From positions 1-57,757 of the forward strand of contig JAFXWB010000052.1 in assembly GCA_017534425.1 (NCBI GenBank): DNA of 57,757 nucleotides, read 5' to 3'. Below the pieces are notes generated by a model. It did not search any database, was not told the DNA's origin, and was given only the letters and a program-made list of their open reading frames with translations. A program made the position numbers and the translations under genes. Positions 27,996-36,920 of this stretch are shown piece by piece. This stretch comes from Bacilli bacterium (GTDB lineage Bacteria > Bacillota_I > Bacilli_A > RFN20 > CAG-826). Each line of letters begins with the position of its first letter. Position 1 is the stretch's first letter.

Positions 27996-30704
27996 ATGGA
28001 ACTTAAAACAACATTACTCATGCCAAAAACTAACTTTGAAATGAGAGGAAATCTCAACGTCAAAGAACCTGTCTTAGTGAAAAAATGGCAAGATGAAAAC
28101 TTATATGAAGAAATGTTAAAAAATAGAGAGGGATGCAAGCCTTTCGCATTTCACGATGGTCCTCCATACGCTAATGGAGATATTCACTGTGGTCATATGC
28201 TTAACCGTATCCTTAAGGATATGATTGTTAGACAAAAGACAATGCAAGGTTATTATGTTCCATTTATTTTTGGGTTTGATACACATGGTCTTCCAATTGA
28301 AAACCAAGTTATTAAATCAGGTGTAAACCGTAAAACAACTCCAACAAGTGAATTTAGACAAAAATGTAGAGAATATGCCTTAACTCAAGTCAAAAGACAA
28401 CAAGATGAAATTAGACGTCTTGGTGTAATGGGTGACTATGAAAATGCATATAAAACCTTAGAAAAACAATTCGAAGCCAATCAAATTGAAGTATTTTCAA
28501 TTATGGCGTTAAAAGGCTTAATCTACAAAGGACTTAAACCAGTTTATTGGTCATGGTCAAGTGAATCTGCTTTAGCAGAAGCTGAAATTGAATATAAAGA
28601 TGTTAAGAGTTACGCCATTTATGTTGCATTTGATATGATTGATGGAAAAGGTGTTGTGCCAAATGGAAGTAAAGCTGTTATCTGGACAACAACTCCATAT
28701 TCTCTTCCATCAAATTTAGCTATTTCAGTTAATCCAAGATTTAACTATGGTTTATATCACACTGAAAAGGGTGATTTGATTCTTTTAGAAGATACAAGTG
28801 CTCAACTTAAAGAAGAACTTGGTTTTGAAACTTTTGAATGCCTTAAAGTATTTAAAGGAAAAGAACTTGAAGGTTGTAAAGCGAAACATCCTTTCTATGA
28901 AAGAGAATCAGTTTTCCTTCTTGGAGATCACGTCACTAATGACTCTGGTACAGGTTTAGTTCATACCGCTCCTGGACTTGGTGTTGATGACTATAATGTC
29001 TGTGCAAAATATGGAATTAAACCATATTGCCCAATCGATAATTATGGAAGAATGACTATAGAAACTGGAGAAAGATTAAATGGTCTTTTCTATGAAGATG
29101 CTAATAAAGTGATTCTTGATATGTTAAAAGAAAATAACGCCTTATTAAAAGAAGGTGAAATTATTCACGCTTATCCACATGACTGGAGAACAGGCAAACC
29201 TGTTATTTCCCGTAGCACTCCTCAATGGTTTTGCTCAATTGGGAAAATTAAAGATGAACTTATTCGTGAAGTTCAAAATGTTAAATGGATTCCAGAATGG
29301 GGTATGGGAAGAATGGTCAATATGATTAAAGACCGTACTGACTGGTGTATTTCTAGACAAAGAGTATGGGGTGTTCCAATTCCAATTATTTATTGTGAAG
29401 ATGACACACCAATTATTGAAAAAGAAGTCTTTGATAATATCGTAAAAGTATTCAATGAATACGGTAGTGATATTTGGTATGAAAAAGATGCAGATTTCTT
29501 CCTCCCAAAAGGATATAAGAATGAACATTCTCCAAACGGAAAATTTACTAAAGAAAAAGACATTATGGATGTTTGGTTTGACTCTGGTTCATCATTTGAT
29601 GCAGTTTTAAGAAAACGCCAAGGTTATGACCAATCTGAACTATATTTAGAAGGCAGTGACCAATATCGTGGATGGTTTAACTCTTCACTTACAATTTCAA
29701 CCGCTGTTCAAGGTAAAGCCCCATACAAAGCCGTTGTCTCACATGGCTGGGTTTTAGATGAACATGGTGAGCAAATGCATAAATCAAAAGGCAATGGTGT
29801 AGACCCACTTAAGATGTGTAACATCTTTGGTGCTGATATTTTAAGACTTTGGGTTGCCACAGTTAACTATCAACAAGATGTTAGAATTTCTGAAAACTTA
29901 CTTAGACAAGTTGCAGACCAATACCGTAAGATTCGTAATACGTTCAAGTTCCTTTTAGGAAACTTAAGCGATGGTGAAAATGATAAGTTTGATCCTAGTA
30001 AAGATACGGTTAATAAGTTTGAACAAGTTGATGAATTCATTTTAGCGAAACTTGAAGAAGTCACAAATGAAGTTATTGATGCATTTGATAATTACGATTT
30101 TGCAAGTGCGATGACAAAGATTATGGCATTTATGTCTGGTGATCTTTCAAGTTTCTACCTCGATATCGGAAAAGACATCCTTTATTGTGAAGCAGTCGAC
30201 TCTCTTAGACGTAGACAAATGCAGAGCGTAATTTATAAAGTTACAAGCACACTTATGAGACTACTTACGCCTGTTCTTCCATTCACTATGGATGAGGTTC
30301 ACGTTAACATGCCAGACTATAACGGCAAGAGTGCTCAACTCTTAAATTATCCAGGAAAAACGCATGATTTTGACAGAAAAGTCCTAGAAAAATACGAGAA
30401 TTTCAAATCTGCTAGAGATGAAGTTAATAAGAAACTTGAAGAAGCTCGTAACGCTGGAATTATCGGTTCTAGCCAAGAAGCATTGGTGGTTCTTCCTAAC
30501 TCATACAAAGAAGTTTTCGGTGAGAAATCTGTCGAAAAATTACTCATCGTTTCGAAGGTTGAATTTGCTGATGTAAAAGAAATTGAAGCACATCATATTG
30601 AAGCTCAAAAATGTCCAAGATGTTGGAACTATGTTGACAAACTTATCAAGGTTGATGACGAGACTGAAGTTTGTGAAAGATGTGCCCATGTTTTAGGTAA
30701 ATAA
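27996..30704 (+). CDS. ileS: Isoleucine--tRNA ligase (type 1)
   Basis: HDGPPYANG, WTTTP, GTGLVH.APG, DWCISRQR.WG, EGSDQYRGWF, C-terminal CPRCW...CERC. AAGGAG RBS before ATG 27996. Confidence 0.98.
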   Translation: MELKTTLLMPKTNFEMRGNLNVKEPVLVKKWQDENLYEEMLKNREGCKPFAFHDGPPYANGDIHCGHMLNRILKDMIVRQKTMQGYYVPFIFGFDTHGLPIENQVIKSGVNRKTTPTSEFRQKCREYALTQVKRQQDEIRRLGVMGDYENAYKTLEKQFEANQIEVFSIMALKGLIYKGLKPVYWSWSSESALAEAEIEYKDVKSYAIYVAFDMIDGKGVVPNGSKAVIWTTTPYSLPSNLAISVNPRFNYGLYHTEKGDLILLEDTSAQLKEELGFETFECLKVFKGKELEGCKAKHPFYERESVFLLGDHVTNDSGTGLVHTAPGLGVDDYNVCAKYGIKPYCPIDNYGRMTIETGERLNGLFYEDANKVILDMLKENNALLKEGEIIHAYPHDWRTGKPVISRSTPQWFCSIGKIKDELIREVQNVKWIPEWGMGRMVNMIKDRTDWCISRQRVWGVPIPIIYCEDDTPIIEKEVFDNIVKVFNEYGSDIWYEKDADFFLPKGYKNEHSPNGKFTKEKDIMDVWFDSGSSFDAVLRKRQGYDQSELYLEGSDQYRGWFNSSLTISTAVQGKAPYKAVVSHGWVLDEHGEQMHKSKGNGVDPLKMCNIFGADILRLWVATVNYQQDVRISENLLRQVADQYRKIRNTFKFLLGNLSDGENDKFDPSKDTVNKFEQVDEFILAKLEEVTNEVIDAFDNYDFASAMTKIMAFMSGDLSSFYLDIGKDILYCEAVDSLRRRQMQSVIYKVTSTLMRLLTPVLPFTMDEVHVNMPDYNGKSAQLLNYPGKTHDFDRKVLEKYENFKSARDEVNKKLEEARNAGIIGSSQEALVVLPNSYKEVFGEKSVEKLLIVSKVEFADVKEIEAHHIEAQKCPRCWNYVDKLIKVDDETEVCERCAHVLGK

Positions 30705-30706
30705 AA

Positions 30707-31384
30707 ATGAATAAGGTTAGCGAATTTTTTAAGAAGTTATTCTCCAAAGAAAACTTAATGAAGTTCTTTAGAACTTTCATTTGGTTAATGGTGTTAATGT
30801 TTATCATTGATATTGTTACTAAATGGGTTGTTTTCAATCACTTTGGTGTAGATGCAATGATTGATGGTAGAAGAAGTGATTCAGGGGCAATTCCTGTAAT
30901 TAATAACTTCTGTTACATTGGTGGATCAATCAATAACGGTGCAGCCTTCTCGTTCCTTGCCGGAAATAGAGTTTTATTACTTTTGATTTCCCTTGTAATG
31001 ACTGGTCTATTTATTGCTTACTACGTTTCTCAATATAAGAAACTTGATAATACTTACAAAGTTGGTTTAGCACTTATGATTTCTGGTGCTTTTGGCAACT
31101 TAATTGATAGAGCCTTCTATTGGCCAAAAACAACAGGATTTGATGGTGTTATTGACTGGATTATATTTAAATTTGGAAGTTGGGAATTTGCAATGTTTAA
31201 TATCGCAGATTCTTGCTTAGTTATTGGTATTATTGTGGTCATCATTAAGATGGTTGTTGATGAAATCAAAGCCGCTAAAGAAAAGGCAAAAAGAGGCGAA
31301 TTTAAGTATTCACCAGAACAACTCGAAAAGATGAACAAAGAACAAGAAAATAATCACGAAGATGAAGGAAATAAAGGCGAATAA
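30707..31384 (+). CDS. lspA: Lipoprotein signal peptidase II
   Basis: NNGAAFS, GAFGNLIDR, VIDWI, FNIAD. Confidence 0.95.
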   Translation: MNKVSEFFKKLFSKENLMKFFRTFIWLMVLMFIIDIVTKWVVFNHFGVDAMIDGRRSDSGAIPVINNFCYIGGSINNGAAFSFLAGNRVLLLLISLVMTGLFIAYYVSQYKKLDNTYKVGLALMISGAFGNLIDRAFYWPKTTGFDGVIDWIIFKFGSWEFAMFNIADSCLVIGIIVVIIKMVVDEIKAAKEKAKRGEFKYSPEQLEKMNKEQENNHEDEGNKGE

Positions 31385-32264
31385 AGAACTTGCTGGATTA
31401 CGTTTAGACAAAGCATTGTCATTAATACTTGAGGATGTATCTAGAAGTAAGGTGCAAAGTCACTTAGAAAATGGCTTAATTTTAGTGAACCAAAAGAAGG
31501 AAAAACCTTCATATAAATTGTCTGATGGAGATGTCATTACAATTGAAGATTTCCCAAGTGAAGTTTCTGACTTAAATCCTGAAGATATTCCTCTTGATAT
31601 TGTCTATGAAGATGACGATTTAATCGTTGTAAATAAACCTAAAGGTCTAGTTGTTCATCCTGGTGCCGGAAATGAAGAGCATACTTTAGCAAATGCGCTA
31701 AAATTTCATAGCGATAATTTATCCACTTTAAACGGAGAATTTAGACCAGGAATTGTTCATAGAATCGATAAGGATACAGCAGGACTTTTAATAGTTGCAA
31801 AAAACGATGCAGCACATGCATTTTTATCTAATCAACTAGCAGATCATACATTAGGTAGAAAATACTATGCTTTGGTTCTTGGAGTAATACCTGAAAATGA
31901 AGGAAAAATCATCGCTCCAATAGGAAGAGACCAGAAATTCCGTCAAAAGATGGCGGTGGACCTTCTTAGAGGAAAAGAGGCAGAAACTAACTTCAAAGTT
32001 ATCGAAAGATTTAAAGAGTCTACTTTAGTAGAGTGCGCTCTAAAAACAGGTAGAACTCATCAAATTAGAGTTCATATGGCTTACATTGGTTATCCAGTAA
32101 TTGGCGATCCAATTTATGGAAAAGGTAACCGCAAGATGTATGATGAAGGACAATTATTATTTGCTCATGAGATTCATTTCATACATCCTAAAACAAAAAA
32201 GGAGATGACTTTCTCAGTCGATCTCCCAGATTATTTTAAAGAAATATTACAGAAGCTTCGTTAA
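31362..32264 (+). CDS. rluD: RluA/RluD-family pseudouridine synthase
   Basis: S4 domain, VNKPKGLVVHP, GIVHRIDKDT, TGRTHQIRVH. Confidence 0.9.
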   Translation: MKEIKANKELAGLRLDKALSLILEDVSRSKVQSHLENGLILVNQKKEKPSYKLSDGDVITIEDFPSEVSDLNPEDIPLDIVYEDDDLIVVNKPKGLVVHPGAGNEEHTLANALKFHSDNLSTLNGEFRPGIVHRIDKDTAGLLIVAKNDAAHAFLSNQLADHTLGRKYYALVLGVIPENEGKIIAPIGRDQKFRQKMAVDLLRGKEAETNFKVIERFKESTLVECALKTGRTHQIRVHMAYIGYPVIGDPIYGKGNRKMYDEGQLLFAHEIHFIHPKTKKEMTFSVDLPDYFKEILQKLR

Positions 32265-33170
32265 TTCCTTATAATTGGCGAAGTTTTTCTTTACGATTTT
32301 ATCTAATTCATCAAAACCATATTTTTTAACGAATTTCTTCGCGAATTCTGTAACTTTTCCGCTTGCTCCATATGGAATGTCTAAGCCATATTTCTTACCA
32401 ATAAGGTCCATATGTTGAATAAATGAATAACGAGCAATAATGCTTCCAACCGCTACTGATGGGAAATAAGATTCACCTTTAGTTTTAAATGTAACACCAA
32501 AGATAATTTCTTTTTCTCCATTAACATATTTGTAGTATTTGTCTTCTGATACAAATTGATCAATTAGAACATTTTTAACTGAGGTATGTTTTGATTTGAG
32601 ATTGAATAAAACGCGGTTATGCATTTTTGCTTTCATCTCATTCATGTTCATATCTTGATCTACAAGTTCATTATATTTTTCATTATTCAATGAAAGTTGA
32701 GAATATTCGAACTCTTTAATTAAGATTTTTCCAAGTTTTCTAATTTGATCATCATTTAAACGCTTTGAATCATCAATGCCTAATTCTTTTAGTCTCTTGA
32801 TATCACTTTTTTTAACATAAGCAGCGCATACACAGATTGGTCCAAAGAAGTCACCGGTGCCAACTTCGTCTGACCCAATTTGGCTATCTAAGACTTCCCA
32901 ACAGGCTTTAGTAGGTGCTTTGTTTTCTTTTGGTTCTGTTGGTGCTGCATCTTTATCCCAGCGTTTTGCTTCGCTTAGTGCAGTTTCTCCAATAAAGAAG
33001 ACTTTGAATGAATCTTCCTTCTTGGATGAATAAACGGTAATTGTTAAGTCTTTGTTTTGCCCAAAAAAGAGGATGTATTGACCCTTATTTTCTTTTTGGA
33101 TTGAACGATAAAAATTAATGATTTTATCTTTCGTTTCTTGATTAACTTGAATAGTTACTCTTTCAATCAT
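32247..33170 (-). CDS. rnhC: Ribonuclease HIII
   Basis: N-terminal TBP-like domain, IGSDEVGTGDFFGP, DDSKRL, LIDQF, VAVGSIIAR. Confidence 0.93.
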   Translation of the reverse strand: MIERVTIQVNQETKDKIINFYRSIQKENKGQYILFFGQNKDLTITVYSSKKEDSFKVFFIGETALSEAKRWDKDAAPTEPKENKAPTKACWEVLDSQIGSDEVGTGDFFGPICVCAAYVKKSDIKRLKELGIDDSKRLNDDQIRKLGKILIKEFEYSQLSLNNEKYNELVDQDMNMNEMKAKMHNRVLFNLKSKHTSVKNVLIDQFVSEDKYYKYVNGEKEIIFGVTFKTKGESYFPSVAVGSIIARYSFIQHMDLIGKKYGLDIPYGASGKVTEFAKKFVKKYGFDELDKIVKKNFANYKELTKLL

Positions 33171-33241
33171 AGTTTAATTGTAGCATACGTAAAATAAATA
33201 ATAAATTAAAAATGTAAATTTTCTTTTAGAAAATTATTTTC

Positions 33242-34447
33242 TTAATCATCTTTAAAGTTGTTATGCTTTTTAACCTCCTTCTGTACAACATTGTTTTTAA
33301 GATTTTTGATTGAGTTTATTAAAAACGTATCTGTAATTTTTCCGCTTGAAGATAATTTTTCGCCTACTTGTTCTAATGATGAACCAAATTTGTAGCAAAC
33401 ATCATCCACTAAAACGTAGCGATCATGTAACTCATTAGTTTTGATAACGGTGTAATTATCGCATGTTTCAATTTTCTTATTCTTAATGTTTGTAATGATG
33501 GTTTTCTTAACTTTAATACCTAATAAAACATCATCGTATTTATGCCCAATATAATTATCAACGAGTATTATTTCTTCTTTTGCAGTTTCTAAAAAACGTT
33601 TAATTTCAATAAAACCCCGTAATTGATCTCCTGGGAAATAGGTTATTTCATGTCGTGATTCTAACTGTAATTGTTTTACATCCCTCTGAAGTTCAAGAAT
33701 TTCATTTCTGCAAATGATACAGTTTGGTCCTTTTGATTCATATAAATCTTTTAAATATTGTTTGAAAACTTCACTAACCCATCTTCTGAGAAATATTGCT
33801 TTTGTAGTCTTAACTCTATACCCTACAGCAAGTATCATATCGAGGTTATAAAAAGTGACTAAATATTGCTTGCCATCAGGAGCAGTATACAAGGAATCCT
33901 TGTGAACTGAATCATCTAATTCTTTGTCTTCTAAAATGTTATTTATGTGTAAACTCACATTCTGCTGGGTGGTATCAAAAATGTCAGCAATTTGAGCTTG
34001 ATTTGTCCAAATAGTTTCTTCTTTAAGCGAGAGGTTTAATTCATATTTATTGATTCCGTCATCATATATGATGATTTTATCTGATAGATGATTAAAAGGT
34101 GCAGCTTTTGTTTGTTCTTCTACAAGTGCTTTTATTAACATACCACGAGATGATTTAATCCTTTTTCCGACCTCAAGAATTACATCTAAATTGAAGTGTT
34201 TTACAGGCTTATCTGAAAAAGGAATTTGTGAATAACGTGCATTGCAATGTGCATTTTGTGCATATTGCTTTTCTGTATTTTCTTCCTTAAAAATTTGATT
34301 AATTTGTCGCGAAATACTGCTCCGATTTCTTTCAAATAATTCTGCAATTTGGTTTAACGATAACCAGACTGTTTCTTCATCCTCAAAATAAGGAATTTCC
34401 ATTTCAAATTCACCATCTTTAAATTTAAGTATTTTGGGATTTTTCAT
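33242..34447 (-). CDS. Tandem RhuM-family DNA-binding domains plus CxxC/coiled-coil and a C-terminal PLD-like domain
   Basis: ETVWLSLNQIAELF...FNLDVILEVGKRIKS and ETIWTNQAQIADIF...YNLDMILAVGYRVKT..A...RRW. C-terminal AKEEIILVDNY...HDRYVLVD..Y.FGSS. AAGGAGG RBS. Confidence 0.8.
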   Translation of the reverse strand: MKNPKILKFKDGEFEMEIPYFEDEETVWLSLNQIAELFERNRSSISRQINQIFKEENTEKQYAQNAHCNARYSQIPFSDKPVKHFNLDVILEVGKRIKSSRGMLIKALVEEQTKAAPFNHLSDKIIIYDDGINKYELNLSLKEETIWTNQAQIADIFDTTQQNVSLHINNILEDKELDDSVHKDSLYTAPDGKQYLVTFYNLDMILAVGYRVKTTKAIFLRRWVSEVFKQYLKDLYESKGPNCIICRNEILELQRDVKQLQLESRHEITYFPGDQLRGFIEIKRFLETAKEEIILVDNYIGHKYDDVLLGIKVKKTIITNIKNKKIETCDNYTVIKTNELHDRYVLVDDVCYKFGSSLEQVGEKLSSSGKITDTFLINSIKNLKNNVVQKEVKKHNNFKDD

Positions 34448-34506
34448 AATGACCTCCTTACTATATGTATCTAGGTAAAAAGGACATTTTTGCGAAATTA
34501 TTTTTT

Positions 34507-34524
34507 TGATTTACTAGTAAATCA
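34507..34524. promoter_or_regulatory. Perfect 18-bp palindrome in the divergent rhuM-like/mutS2 promoter region
   Basis: TGATTTACTAGTAAATCA; related imperfect site ATCTACTAGTTAGAT at 34570-34584. Confidence 0.5.
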
Positions 34525-34607
34525 CATTTTTATAGTTCGCGAAATCTAGTGTTTTTAAGTATGCATTTCATCTACTAGTTAGATATAAGTGTGTTATCAT
34601 AATTGAT

Positions 34608-36920
34608 ATGCTTGATATATACGGTACATTAGAGATTGAGCGAGTTCTCCAGGAAATCGCTTCATTTTCTAAAACTGAAATTGGTATTGCAAAAATTAAA
34701 GCTTTAAGAATGCTTACTGAAGAAGAAGCAAGCAAAGCTCTTAAAGTTTTATCACAGATGTCTGACTTCACGATGAAGTATGGTGCAGTCCCAATTTTAA
34801 TCTCACATGATTTAACTGAATTTATCGACACGGCCTTGAAGGGTGGTGTACTTACAGCCCTAGATTTAGATCACATTGCTAGTGATGTTTTACTCGCGAA
34901 TAAACTTCATAATTTTTTCAAGAAAGTTGATAAGGTTTCATCTTATGAGCTCTTTGAGCTCGTCAATAGACTTTATGATATCGGAGAGCTTGAAATCAAG
35001 ATTCATAAAATAATCGCTCCAAACTTAAATATTAAAGATGATGCTTCAAGTAAACTTAAAGAAATTAGGCAATCCATTCATAAAAAAGAAATGGATGTCC
35101 GACAAATAGTGTCTCGCCTTATTTCTAGTTATCATGACTATCTTGTTGAAGACACAATGACAATTAGAAATGATCATTATGTTTTACCTGTCGCTACTGT
35201 ACATAAGAGTAAAGTTCCTGGTGTAATTCACGATATTTCAGATTCAGGTCAAACAACATTTATCGAACCACAAGCACTCGTTCAACTAGCAAACCAAATC
35301 TGTGTATTAAGAATTGAAGAAAAAGAAGAAATATATCGTTTACTTAAACTCCTTACTGAAGAAGTAGTAAAATATTCCTCTCAAATTGCATCTAATAACT
35401 ATGTTATTGGAGAAATAGATTTTATAGGTGCTAAAGCTGAATATTTAGCTGTCCACAACTGTAAAGTCCCAGAATTTAGCAAAGAAAGACAAATAGATTT
35501 TAAAGGTGCTCGTCACCCATTAATTCCAGAAGATAAGGTTATCGCAAATGACTTCAAGTTTAATGTTAACCAAAGACTTATTGTTATCTCTGGACCAAAT
35601 GCTGGTGGTAAAACTGTTGCACTTAAAACATTAGGTTTATTAGTGATGATGGCGCAGATGGGTATTGCTATTCCTACAAAAGAACCAGCAATTTTGTCAT
35701 TTTTCCCAAGGATTTATGCTGATATTGGTGACAATCAGTCACTTTCTGATAATTTATCAACATTTGCAGCGCATGTTTCAAATCTTTCAACAATCACACA
35801 CTTTGTGACTTCTAAAGATTTAGTTTTACTTGATGAGCTTGGAACAGGCACTTCTCCAAATGAAGGTGAAGCTTTAGCTTTAGCAGTTTCTGATTTCTTA
35901 CTAAACAAGAAGTGTTTTGCGTTCATCTCATCTCACTTTGAAAGAATGAAAGAATATGCCTATCGTAGAGAAGGTGTTACAAACGCGATGATGGTGTTTG
36001 ATGAAAAACACTTACTTCCAACATACATTTTAAAGATTGGCTTCCCAGGTAGATCGTATGGTTTAGAGATGGCTAATAGATATCATCTCGATAAAGAAGT
36101 TGTGGATCTCGCTAAAAAGAATTTAGATGAAACTGGAAACAAATCAGTTTCAGACGTAATCGATAAACTTAATGAAGTTCTTCATTATAATGAAGAGATG
36201 AATAAGAAACTCAAAGAAAAAGAACGCTTGTTAGACGGAAAAACAAGAGACTTAGAACATCAAAACGAAGTACTTAGAGGTAAGAAAGATAATCTACTTA
36301 GTGATGTTGAACAAACAAGAACCAAGATGATTGAAGATGCTAGAAGACAAATTAATGACATCCTCAAAATTTTGAATAAACCAGACGTCAAACCTCACGA
36401 GTTAATTGAGGCCAAAACTAAACTCAAACAACTTGAAGAATCACAAGACGAATTCATTGGTGATGAAGAAATACATTTAGGGGATTACGCTGAGATTGCT
36501 GGACTAGGTATTGTTGGTAAAGTAACCAAGATAAACAAAGAAAAAGTTGAACTACTTTCTACTGACGGAATGAGTGTTAAATCCACTCTAAAGAAACTAA
36601 AAAAAGTCGCGAAAATCCCGGAAAAACAAAGAAAAAATACAGGAAATCCTGATAATTTTGTATTTTCAAAAACAAGCGTAAAACTTGAATTAAACATCAT
36701 TGGTAAACATGTTGATGAAGCAATGGCGGAAGTCGAAAAATATATTGATGATTGCCGTGTTAAAAACTTCAAACAAGTCCGTATTATTCATGGCATGGGG
36801 ACAGGCGCTTTACGAGATGCAGTTCATGACTATTTAGATAGATGTGACTTCATTGATTCTTATCGATATGGTGATTCACATGAAGGTGCAACTGGAGCAA
36901 CGGTGGTAATTTTCAAATGA
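34608..36920 (+). CDS. mutS2: MutS2 endonuclease / ribosome-collision ATPase with Smr domain
   Basis: ISGPNAGGKT, ADIGDNQS...LSTF, LLDELGTGT, IIHGMGTGAL..., GATVV. Confidence 0.96.
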   Translation: MLDIYGTLEIERVLQEIASFSKTEIGIAKIKALRMLTEEEASKALKVLSQMSDFTMKYGAVPILISHDLTEFIDTALKGGVLTALDLDHIASDVLLANKLHNFFKKVDKVSSYELFELVNRLYDIGELEIKIHKIIAPNLNIKDDASSKLKEIRQSIHKKEMDVRQIVSRLISSYHDYLVEDTMTIRNDHYVLPVATVHKSKVPGVIHDISDSGQTTFIEPQALVQLANQICVLRIEEKEEIYRLLKLLTEEVVKYSSQIASNNYVIGEIDFIGAKAEYLAVHNCKVPEFSKERQIDFKGARHPLIPEDKVIANDFKFNVNQRLIVISGPNAGGKTVALKTLGLLVMMAQMGIAIPTKEPAILSFFPRIYADIGDNQSLSDNLSTFAAHVSNLSTITHFVTSKDLVLLDELGTGTSPNEGEALALAVSDFLLNKKCFAFISSHFERMKEYAYRREGVTNAMMVFDEKHLLPTYILKIGFPGRSYGLEMANRYHLDKEVVDLAKKNLDETGNKSVSDVIDKLNEVLHYNEEMNKKLKEKERLLDGKTRDLEHQNEVLRGKKDNLLSDVEQTRTKMIEDARRQINDILKILNKPDVKPHELIEAKTKLKQLEESQDEFIGDEEIHLGDYAEIAGLGIVGKVTKINKEKVELLSTDGMSVKSTLKKLKKVAKIPEKQRKNTGNPDNFVFSKTSVKLELNIIGKHVDEAMAEVEKYIDDCRVKNFKQVRIIHGMGTGALRDAVHDYLDRCDFIDSYRYGDSHEGATGATVVIFK

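Noticed and set aside
27788-28138. 116-aa minus-strand ORF, plus ORFs 16065-16295, 34568-34831 and 40206-40400 crossing intergenic DNA
   Set aside because: They overlap a T-box or promoters and the starts of real genes on the opposite strand, with no independent coding signal.
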